A DNA stretch of 64,000 bases, taken from contig CAVUKB010000007.1 of the NCBI GenBank assembly GCA_963741955.1, forward strand, positions 800,001 through 864,000, given 5' to 3'. This stretch comes from an uncultured Acidobacteriota bacterium (GTDB lineage Bacteria; Acidobacteriota; Thermoanaerobaculia; Gp7-AA8). Made by a program: the position numbers and the translations under genes. Below, piece after piece: positions 56,828 to 64,000 of this stretch; within the stretch, counting starts at the first letter, position 1; each line of letters begins with the position of its first letter. The notes beneath the pieces are model-generated. The model searched no databases and was not told where the DNA came from. It saw only the letters and a program-made list of their open reading frames with translations.

Positions 56828-57590
56828 GGTTCGTCCCTCCTGTTCCTTCGGTCAGTGCTACGACGTGACGTGCGGGCCCGGCGATGACCACTCGTCCCAC
56901 TCCGGTTGCGATCGCGTCCATCGACGCGCGCAGCTTCGGTTGCATCCCTCCGGTCACCACCCCTCGGGCGATCAACTCCTCTGCGAGATCGGGAGTGACG
57001 GTCGGGATGAGCGAGCCGTCGCCGTCGAGGAGACCTTCCACGTCGGTGAGAAAGACCAGCCGTGAGGCGCGGGTGGCCACGGCGATCGCTGCCGCGGCGG
57101 CGTCTGCGTTGACGTTGAGAAGACCTCCGTCGATGGCTCCGGCCATCGACGCGACCACCGGGAGGAAGCCGCCGCCGTAAACCGCCTCGATCAGGCTCGC
57201 GCTCGCTCCTGCGATGACGCCGACGTGACCCAGGTCGATCCCGTCGAGCGGGGGATGCGGTTCCGCGACCAGCGTCTCACCGTCCGCACCGCTGATCCCC
57301 GCCGCGGCGACGCCGAGAGCGTGCAGCTCGGAGACCAGCATCTTGTTCACTGTTCCGCCGAGCACCGAGACGACGACGTTCAGAGTCGCATCGTCGGTGA
57401 TCCGGAGCCCGCGATGGGTTCTCTTTTCGATTCCGAGTGTTCGGAGCGAGGCGTCGATGTGTTTCCCGCCGCCATGGACGACCACCAGCTCCGTACCCTC
57501 CCTCCAGCTTTTCGCGATCGCGGAGAGAGCGCTCGACCGCAGAAGGGGATCCTCGAGAAGGCTTCCGCCGAGCTTCACCACCATGGTCAT
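56814..57590 (-). CDS. argB: Acetylglutamate kinase
   Basis: VVKLGGS, VHGGG, GLRITD, NVNAD and GGMQPKL. Confidence 0.95.
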   Translation of the reverse strand: MTMVVKLGGSLLEDPLLRSSALSAIAKSWREGTELVVVHGGGKHIDASLRTLGIEKRTHRGLRITDDATLNVVVSVLGGTVNKMLVSELHALGVAAAGISGADGETLVAEPHPPLDGIDLGHVGVIAGASASLIEAVYGGGFLPVVASMAGAIDGGLLNVNADAAAAAIAVATRASRLVFLTDVEGLLDGDGSLIPTVTPDLAEELIARGVVTGGMQPKLRASMDAIATGVGRVVIAGPARHVVALTEGTGGTNLVAA

Positions 57591-58618
57591 GCGAGCCCCT
57601 CCTTCTCGTCGAATCCGAAGACCCGGTTGAAGTTCTGTACCGCCTGCGATGCGGCGCCCTTGAGGAGGTTGTCGATCACCGAGACCACGACGGCACGCCG
57701 GCCGTAATCGACGAGCGAGAAGCCGATCTCGCAGCGCGGAGTTCCGACGACGTTCTTCAGCTCGGGGAGAACGCCCGGCTTGCGCAGAGTCACGAACGGT
57801 TTGCCGTGGTAGGCCTGTTCGTAAGCAGCGGTGATCGCCTCGCTCTCCTTCCGGTGCGCGAAGCTGAGGTAGAGCGTCGCGAGGATTCCGCGCACGGTCG
57901 GAAGAAGATGCGGGACGAAGAAGAACGGCACGCTCCAGCCGATCGGAAGGTTCTGCCGGATCTCCGGCGTGTGGCGGTGATTACCGACGCCGTAGGCCTT
58001 GAAGTTCCCGGCCAGCTCGGAGAAGGAGTACGAGACGTCGCTCTTCCGACCCGCCCCGGAGACGCCGCTCGCGGCATCGCAGACGATCGCCTGCTCCGGG
58101 TCGAGGTGCGGCACCAGGGGCCGGAGTGCGAGAACCACCGCCGTCGCATAGCAGCCGGGATTTGCCACCAGCCGGGCGTTTCTCAACTCGCCGTTGCACC
58201 ACTCCGGCAGACCGTAGACGGATTCGTCGAGCAGGTCGGGGCGCGGATGCTCGAATCCGTACCACTCCGGATAGGCGGCGGGATTGCGGAGGCGGAACGC
58301 ACCGGAGAGGTCGATCACTGGAATCCCGCTGTCGACCAGCTGCGGCACGAGCGTCGCGGAGATCTCGTTCGGCGTGGCGAGGAACACGCAGTCGGGCGCC
58401 GCGGCCTGCAGCCGGGCGGGATCGAACCCGACGACGTCCGGTCCCTCGAGACCGGTGAGCGATGGATGGATCGCGTCGTACGGGGTCGCAGCCGTCTCGC
58501 GACTCTCAGGGCTCCGGAAGAGGGCGGCGACCGAGACGGACGGATGCCGCTCGAGGAGCGCGGTCAGTTCGGCTCCAGCGTATCCGGTTGCTCCAATGAT
58601 GGCGACACGTTTCGTCAT
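57587..58618 (-). CDS. argC: N-acetyl-gamma-glutamyl-phosphate reductase
   Basis: IGATGYAG, DLSGAFRL, ANPGCY, SGVSGAG and DNLLKGAA. Confidence 0.96.
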   Translation of the reverse strand: MTKRVAIIGATGYAGAELTALLERHPSVSVAALFRSPESRETAATPYDAIHPSLTGLEGPDVVGFDPARLQAAAPDCVFLATPNEISATLVPQLVDSGIPVIDLSGAFRLRNPAAYPEWYGFEHPRPDLLDESVYGLPEWCNGELRNARLVANPGCYATAVVLALRPLVPHLDPEQAIVCDAASGVSGAGRKSDVSYSFSELAGNFKAYGVGNHRHTPEIRQNLPIGWSVPFFFVPHLLPTVRGILATLYLSFAHRKESEAITAAYEQAYHGKPFVTLRKPGVLPELKNVVGTPRCEIGFSLVDYGRRAVVVSVIDNLLKGAASQAVQNFNRVFGFDEKEGLA

Positions 58619-58664
58619 GACGAAATCTCCCAGGCGCTCTGTTGAGGGAAGCGGCGCGCCTGGA

Positions 58665-59168
58665 TCAGGCGCGGGTACGTCGCGGATGCGACGTCGCGAT
58701 GAGGTTGGACAAGCGGCGGACCAGTGCCGCGGCGGCCCGCTCGGTGCGGAGAGCGAGGAAGATCGTGTCGTCCCCGCCGACAGTGCCGAGGACGTCGTTC
58801 AGGCCCGCTTCGTCGATCGCACGCGCGACCGGTTGAGCGTCGGCGGGAGGGGTCCTGATCACGACGAGCGTTCCGCCCTGCTCGACGGAGAGGACGAATT
58901 CGCGGACGAGCTGCTCGAGCCGCCCCTGCCGCCACTGCTGCGGGACGAAGCTGATCGGGTCAGCGGTGGCGGGGGCGAGGTCGGCCGGGAGTGTGTAGCC
59001 GTTCGGTGTCTTGATCAGGCCGAGCTCGCGAACGTCGCGCGAGAGGGTGGGCTGAGTGACACGGTGCCCCCGCTTCCGGAGAGCGTGGAGAAGATCCTCC
59101 TGGGAGCGGATTTCCAGCTCCCGGACCGCCCGGAGGATCTCTTCACGTCGTCGGAGTGCGTTGGTCAT
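58665..59168 (-). CDS. argR: Arginine repressor
   Basis: SQEDL...VTQPTLSRDVRELGL and GTVGGDDTIF. Confidence 0.95.
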   Translation of the reverse strand: MTNALRRREEILRAVRELEIRSQEDLLHALRKRGHRVTQPTLSRDVRELGLIKTPNGYTLPADLAPATADPISFVPQQWRQGRLEQLVREFVLSVEQGGTLVVIRTPPADAQPVARAIDEAGLNDVLGTVGGDDTIFLALRTERAAAALVRRLSNLIATSHPRRTRA

Positions 59169-59180
59169 GGTCGTCGTGCG

Positions 59181-59234
59181 TGCGAATAGTTATGCAGCAC
59201 AACGAATATTTATACAGAAGATTCCCGATGTCAA
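59181..59234 (-). promoter_or_regulatory. arg operon promoter with two tandem ARG boxes
   Basis: Minus strand: TTGACA (59229-59234), then TCTGTATAAATATTCGTT (59201-59218) and GCTGCATAACTATTCGCA (59181-59198), 2 nt apart and resembling the WNTGMATAAWWATTCANW consensus. Confidence 0.85.
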
Positions 59235-59240
59235 GAGGAG

Positions 59241-59529
59241 CGAGGCTCGAGGCTCGAGACTCGAGGCTCGTGCGCTGGAGGTTGGAGACTCTTCGCTGGA
59301 GATTTTGGCTCAGGATGGCTTCGCTCCCCGAGCCCTGGACTTCTCGCCCCGAACCTCGCGCATGGCGAGCCCCATAGGGGCGTTTGACAACAGCCAGGGC
59401 GAGGCCCCGGGGACCACGATCGCGATCCGAATTGAGATCGTTGCATCCCGAGCCCCGTAGGGGCGATTGAACCGGAACCTCGATCTCCGGGATGACTCGA
59501 TCGAGCCCCGAGCCCCGAGCCCCGCGCCT
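59241..59529. repeat. Opposed heptamer repeat clusters
   Basis: CGAGGCT-like x4 (59241-59268) and CGAGCCC x3 plus CGCGCCT (59502-59529), roughly reverse-complementary to each other. Confidence 0.65.
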
Positions 59530-59533
59530 CTCT

Positions 59534-59986
59534 CTACTTCCCGCTTCGCGTCATCCGGTCCGGCGACATCAGGACGTCCGGATCGCTCTTCAGTTCCACC
59601 ACCGTCGTCTCATCCGAATCCTGCGAGACGATGAGCATCCGCACCAGGCTCCCGGCCGGAGCGGCGAACACCACCGTCCGCTCACCGTCGCGGCGTGAGC
59701 TCGCCACCACGATCGGCTGCCACTCCGGTCCGGCGAGCCGCCTCGCGATTGCGACCACGTCCCTCGTGGCCGGAACATTCTCGAATGTCGCGAGCTTCAC
59801 ATCGTGCACTCCGTCCGGATGCATGATTCGGATGGCGATCCGTCCCAGACCCATGAATGGGATCCCGGTGCGGGTGACGCGCGGGATCGAGCCGATCTCC
59901 CGTGCAATCTCGTCGAAGCCGGCGCGCGCCGGGATCGCGACGACGACGCCGAGGAGGGCGATGGAGAGAGCCCGGAGCGCTCTCAC
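59534..59986 (-). CDS. Secreted hypothetical protein (DUF4252-like partner)
   Basis: Signal peptide ending ARA; GPEWQPIV parallels GPEWQKIV of the upstream gene; overlapping start. Confidence 0.7.
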   Translation of the reverse strand: MRALRALSIALLGVVVAIPARAGFDEIAREIGSIPRVTRTGIPFMGLGRIAIRIMHPDGVHDVKLATFENVPATRDVVAIARRLAGPEWQPIVVASSRRDGERTVVFAAPAGSLVRMLIVSQDSDETTVVELKSDPDVLMSPDRMTRSGK

Positions 59987-60528
59987 TCCTTCCCTCCCTT
60001 CGGAGTCGTGTCGATGTGCGGGATTCCGAACTGACCTTCGATGCTCCCCAGCTTCTCGAGATCGATCGGACCAACGAGCTGCACTACGGTGAACTCCTTC
60101 GGCTCGGCTGCGATGATCACCATCCCGCCGATCCGATCACCGCTCTTCGGAAGGAGGTAAATCTCCACGTTCTCCGAGTTGCGGTTCTTCACGTTCACGA
60201 TCTTCTGCCACTCCGGGCCGAGCTGTCTCCGGACTTTGTCGGCCTCGGCGATGTCGTACGCACCCTCCTGGTCGAACTCGAAGCTGCGGACGTAGATCCC
60301 GTCGAGGCCGCGGATGATCTCCTTCGCGCTCTTCTCGTCCTGCTGGTCGCTGGAGAGAAATCCCGAGGCGAGGCGGAGCATCTTTCCATCGAGCGTCACT
60401 TCGACCGACTCAGCGGCCTTTGCGGCGAGCCGGCTGAAGTCGAGATCGAGAGGTCGCGTTTGCGCGGACGCACTCGATGCGGCAGCGATGCCGAACACGA
60501 TCATGGCGAGGGTACGAATCGATCTCAT
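59983..60528 (-). CDS. DUF4252-like secreted protein
   Basis: Signal peptide; AAESVEVTLDGKML, GIYVRSFEFDQEGAY and VVQLVGPIDLEKL. Confidence 0.8.
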   Translation of the reverse strand: MRSIRTLAMIVFGIAAASSASAQTRPLDLDFSRLAAKAAESVEVTLDGKMLRLASGFLSSDQQDEKSAKEIIRGLDGIYVRSFEFDQEGAYDIAEADKVRRQLGPEWQKIVNVKNRNSENVEIYLLPKSGDRIGGMVIIAAEPKEFTVVQLVGPIDLEKLGSIEGQFGIPHIDTTPKGGKE

Positions 60529-60539
60529 CGGATTCTCCT

Positions 60540-60884
60540 TCATTGGCCGGGCGCGTTCTCAGCGTCTCCGGTAATCACTTCGATCTGGTGTCGAGCGAGA
60601 GCGCTCTTTTCTCCGGTGATCCGGAGCGCGAGAAGGACTTCCTCCTTCGCGCGCTCTCCCGCGAGTCGGTGCTGGTGGGTCTCGAAGAGGGCAACGGAGC
60701 TCCCTCCGGCGACGAGTAAGAGAAGAGCGGCGACGGCCGCCCGCCACGGCTGCTGCCACCGAGCCGCCCGCTTCGGCGTCGCCGATGCATCGCCGCGACG
60801 GATCCGCTCCATGACCCGCTCTTCGAATCCCGCTGGCGGGTCCGTTCTCTTCAGAAGCTGCTTCAATTGCGATTCGAGGTTCAT
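60540..60884 (-). CDS. Putative single-pass anti-sigma factor
   Basis: LESQLKQLLKRTDPPAGFEERVM plus one TM helix; coupled to the ECF sigma gene. Confidence 0.7.
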   Translation of the reverse strand: MNLESQLKQLLKRTDPPAGFEERVMERIRRGDASATPKRAARWQQPWRAAVAALLLLVAGGSSVALFETHQHRLAGERAKEEVLLALRITGEKSALARHQIEVITGDAENAPGQ

Positions 60885-61444
60885 GACGGGACTCCGGTGG
60901 GGTTTTCCAGGCGCCGGCGCAGTGACGAGAGAGCCCGGCGGAGATGACTACGGACGGTGTTGAGCGGAAGCTCGAGGAGCGAGGCGATCTCGCCCGGCGC
61001 GAGCTCCTCCTGGTAGCGAAGCGTGACGACGGTTCTCTGGATGAGCGGAAGGGTCGCCATCGTGTTTCGGAGATTCGACTGAAGGAAAGGGTCGGGCTCG
61101 CGCTCCGTCGCGTGGACCGGCGACACCTCTTCCAGCGGAAGGAGGAGCGGGCGTCGCTTCCGGCTCTCGTCGATGCAGCGGTTCACAGTGACCCGGCGGA
61201 GCCAGTAGACCAGGTGCTCGTCCGATTCGATCTCTCCGAGATGCCGGTAGAGCTGGAGGAAGACTTCCTGTGCGAGCTCCTCCGCGAGTGCCGCGTCGTG
61301 GATCGAATGAACGGCAATGCCGTAGACCATCGACTGATGCTGCCGGACGATCTCCGTGAACGCCTCCTCGTCCCCCTCGAGGGATCGCGCCACGAGCGAA
61401 ATGCCCGCGTCGGAAGGAGCCGGATCGGGGACCAGTGCGATCAT
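60881..61444 (-). CDS. ECF RNA polymerase sigma factor
   Basis: GDEEAF, AEELAQEVF, WLRRVTVNRCID and EIASLLELPLNTVRSHLRRA. Confidence 0.93.
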   Translation of the reverse strand: MIALVPDPAPSDAGISLVARSLEGDEEAFTEIVRQHQSMVYGIAVHSIHDAALAEELAQEVFLQLYRHLGEIESDEHLVYWLRRVTVNRCIDESRKRRPLLLPLEEVSPVHATEREPDPFLQSNLRNTMATLPLIQRTVVTLRYQEELAPGEIASLLELPLNTVRSHLRRALSSLRRRLENPTGVPS

Positions 61445-61576
61445 CTCTCTTGCCTATACGGAAAAATCCGGCAGTCGGACGCAGTCCGCCCGCTTTATCA
61501 GTGGTGGACGCGGACGCGAAGCGAATGATGTGGATTACGAGGCCGGCGACATGCCTTGACGCGGCTCGAGTCGCCT

Positions 61577-61885
61577 TCAGCCGAGATCTTCCGCGATTTC
61601 GTAGAGCCGGACCTTCGCCTCCATCTCCAGGAGGTAGCGTCGATCGTCCGGGTAATAGACCGCGGTCTCCGGGTTGTCGCCGGCGTAACGGCACACCGCT
61701 TCGATCGAGCTCCAGAGCGTGAAGAGAATGAACTCGGTGACGTCGCCATTGTCGCGACGCAGCACCATCACCCGGAGGTTCCCCTCAGTGGAGCGATAAG
61801 CAGGAATCGCGGTCTCCTGAAGGTACCGCAGATACTCGTCTGCCTTTTCGCGTCGGGTCCTGCCACGCCAGGTGCGTCCGATCAA
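61577..61885 (-). CDS. Antibiotic-biosynthesis-monooxygenase-like (dimeric alpha/beta barrel) protein
   Basis: TTG start after GGAGG; IGRTWRG...ADEY..YL, TLWSSIEAV..YAG...AVYYPDD..YL. Confidence 0.8.
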   Translation of the reverse strand: MIGRTWRGRTRREKADEYLRYLQETAIPAYRSTEGNLRVMVLRRDNGDVTEFILFTLWSSIEAVCRYAGDNPETAVYYPDDRRYLLEMEAKVRLYEIAEDLG

Positions 61886-61988
61886 TCGATCCTCCGGTCC
61901 GGCAAATGATAGCGGGATTCCGGCCGCCGGTCGAAAAGAAGCCGTCCTCGCCGGGGGATCATGAATCCGGCGGTAGAATGGCCCGGCC

Positions 61989-63512
61989 ATGACGCCGGAT
62001 CCGCCGAGCGGCGACACAGACCGCGATCTCGCCAGGAAGATCTTCCTCCTGGCGCTGGTCACCTGCGCGTGGTTTTTCGGAGGATCGGGATTCAACCAGG
62101 GATCGAATATCGACCTGACGCGCGCAATCATCGAGCGGCATACCCTTTCGATCGACCCCTACATCGAGAATACGGGCGACATCTCCGTCCACGGCGGGCA
62201 CATCTACTCGAACAAGGCTCCCGGACTCTCCTTCCTCGCGCTGGTGCCTTATGGCCTGGTCCATTCGATCGAGCGGCTCGAAGGGATCGATCCCGGCGAC
62301 CCTCTGGTGATGACCGTGAATCTCTATTTCGTCACCGTGGCGCTCTGCGCCACGGCTGGAGCAGTGATTCCTGCGGTGCTTTTCCTGATCGGGCGATTCG
62401 CCGGTGTGTCGAGACGCTGGTCGATGATCGTGGCGCTGCTCGTGATGTTCGGGACCCCGCTCTTCCCCTTCTCCACGGTACTCTTCGCACACGTTCCGAG
62501 CGCGCTGATGCTCCTGCTGGCGTACCGCGATCTCTTCTTCCGCGACAGGCCGAGACCCTTTGCCGCGGGCGCGTGGATCGGAGTGGCCGGACTGACGAAC
62601 TATCTCTGCATCCCGGTCGCAGCAATTTTCGCAGTGGCGGTTGCCGCGACACGTGAAGCTCGCTGGCGGCGGACCGCTCTCTTCATTCTCGGCGGACTCC
62701 CGTCGGTGGTACTTCTCGGTGCGTACCAGTACGCCGCGTTCGGTTCGTTCCTCCGGACGTCCGTCGAGGCGACCGATCCCCGCTACCTGACCCGCGGCGC
62801 ACTGTTCGGGGTTCTTCAGCTCCCGAATCCCGAGGCACTCTACGGGATCACGTTCTCTCCGTACCGCGGCCTCTTCGTCTTCTCGCCACTCCTCGTGCTG
62901 GCGCTTGCCGGAGCGGTCCTGATGCTGCGGCGCTTCCGGATCGCCGGCACTGCGCTCTGGGTCATCATCTTCTACTTCTTCCTCGTGAATGCGAGTTTCA
63001 ACGGGTGGCACGGCGGATCGTCGAGCGGACCGCGCTACCTCATCCCGCTGATACCTCTTCTCGGTGTCGCACTCCTTTTCTTCGCCAGCCGGCTCCGGCC
63101 ACTCTGGATCGGCCTCGGCACTGCCGCGCTCCTCTTCAACTTCGCGGCGACTGCGGTCGACCCGCAGGCGCAAAGCACCATCAGGGATCCGATACGCGCT
63201 TATCTCGGTCCGGCACTCGTTCACGGACGGATCCCCGAGAGCGAGACGTCGGTTCCTGCGGGGATCCGGATGTTTTACACGGGACACGTCGGGATCAACC
63301 GGGTCGCTGCCGACGAAGTGAATCCGTTCGAGCGGCATCGACCGGGCTCGCTCGCTTCGGAATGGGCCAGCTTCAATCTCGGAGAGCTGGCGTTCGGAAC
63401 CGGGAGTGCCGCCTCCGTCGCGCCGATCGTCGCCTGGATGCTCCTCGGTTCGATCTACCTCCTGCAGCGCGGTGCTCGGGAGGAGGCGGTCGGGGCAACC
63501 GAAGGGTCGTGA
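61989..63512 (+). CDS. Polytopic membrane protein, GT-C glycosyltransferase-like
   Basis: About 11 TM segments; YSNKAPGLS loop, SPYRGLFVFSP and WHGG...GPRYLIP. Confidence 0.7.
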   Translation: MTPDPPSGDTDRDLARKIFLLALVTCAWFFGGSGFNQGSNIDLTRAIIERHTLSIDPYIENTGDISVHGGHIYSNKAPGLSFLALVPYGLVHSIERLEGIDPGDPLVMTVNLYFVTVALCATAGAVIPAVLFLIGRFAGVSRRWSMIVALLVMFGTPLFPFSTVLFAHVPSALMLLLAYRDLFFRDRPRPFAAGAWIGVAGLTNYLCIPVAAIFAVAVAATREARWRRTALFILGGLPSVVLLGAYQYAAFGSFLRTSVEATDPRYLTRGALFGVLQLPNPEALYGITFSPYRGLFVFSPLLVLALAGAVLMLRRFRIAGTALWVIIFYFFLVNASFNGWHGGSSSGPRYLIPLIPLLGVALLFFASRLRPLWIGLGTAALLFNFAATAVDPQAQSTIRDPIRAYLGPALVHGRIPESETSVPAGIRMFYTGHVGINRVAADEVNPFERHRPGSLASEWASFNLGELAFGTGSAASVAPIVAWMLLGSIYLLQRGAREEAVGATEGS

Positions 63513-63520
63513 CGCAACTC

Positions 63521-63705
63521 CTAGCCTGCATTTCTCACATCGTCTCTGCTGCGGAGACGGATAGCGGGCTGTCTACTACGTTGCGCACATCTTCGGCTCC
63601 TCGACATAGTCACCACTATGCCTTCGTCGCCGAAGCTGAGCGCGCCTTGTATCCAGGCCGCTCTCCGCCTCCTCGCGTCGAGACGGTGTGAGAAATGCGG
63701 GCTTG
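63521..63705. mobile_element. MITE/REP-like palindromic element
   Basis: 26-nt terminal inverted repeats CTAGCCTGCATTTCTCACATCGTCTC and GAGACGGTGTGAGAAATGCGGGCTTG (23/26 match), with nested internal palindromes CTTCGGC/GCCGAAG and CATAGT/ACTATG. Confidence 0.7.
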
Positions 63706-63766
63706 GGCTTTTGATGACAATTCTGTAAGCTGAGCCGTCTCATCCAGAAAGGAGACCGCTCGGCTC

Positions 63767-64000
63767 ATGGCAACAGCGACCGAAAAGCATCCAAAAGGCC
63801 TCTACGTTCTCTTCGCCACGGAGATGTGGGAGCGCTTCGGCTTCTACACGATGTTGGCGATGCTCACCCTCTACATGAGGGACGGGCTCCAGGGTTTCGG
63901 CTGGACAACGGCGAAGGCGACCGGGGTCTACTCCTGGTACCAGGCGTTCGTCTATGCAACGCCACTGATCGGCGGATGGCTCGCCGACCGGTTCCTCGGG
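63767..64000 (+). CDS. POT/PTR family proton-dependent oligopeptide transporter (3' truncated)
   Basis: MATATEKHPKGLYVLFATEMWERFGFY (ExxERFxYY-type motif) ... PLIGGWLADRFLG. Confidence 0.93.
   Translation, partial: MATATEKHPKGLYVLFATEMWERFGFYTMLAMLTLYMRDGLQGFGWTTAKATGVYSWYQAFVYATPLIGGWLADRFLG

Noticed and set aside
59056-59460. Small ORFs in the argR upstream region
   Set aside because: They translate heptamer repeats (EARGSRL) and overlap the promoter and ARG boxes.

Overview
High-GC bacterial chromosomal segment. The gene content and intergenic repeat style suggest Acidobacteriota, probably Thermoanaerobaculia; this is inferred and no rRNA is present to confirm it. Housekeeping genes are nrdR (partial), lon, bioY, an MMPL transporter, glnA, mntP, an ArgR-box-controlled argRCBDGHJ operon, an ECF sigma module and a partial POT peptide transporter. 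Three accessory loci stand out. (1) At 28.4-43.6 kb, a surface-appendage-like cluster: a ~250-aa secreted protein, then a ~2790-aa Ig-repeat protein whose N-terminus is a full paralog of that small protein, three tandem phage-tail-collar-like paralogs without any phage genes, a methyltransferase, a Tat protein, an exported YyaL-like protein, a GNAT and a DUF6916-like gene. (2) An mtrC-mtrA-mtrB-type porin-cytochrome conduit with two decaheme proteins, where MtrC lacks a lipobox and is preceded by an NrfJ-like lipoprotein. (3) A Tat-exported PaoABC-like molybdoenzyme with a coupled small Cys-rich fourth ORF. Also seen: two MITE-like inverted-repeat elements, heptamer tandem repeats, an AT-rich repeat patch, a tandem Cas2/VapD-like protein without CRISPR, and two single-base frameshifts. 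No rRNA, tRNA, CRISPR array, transposase or integrase was recognised. All family assignments come from motif recognition by eye, not from database searches.
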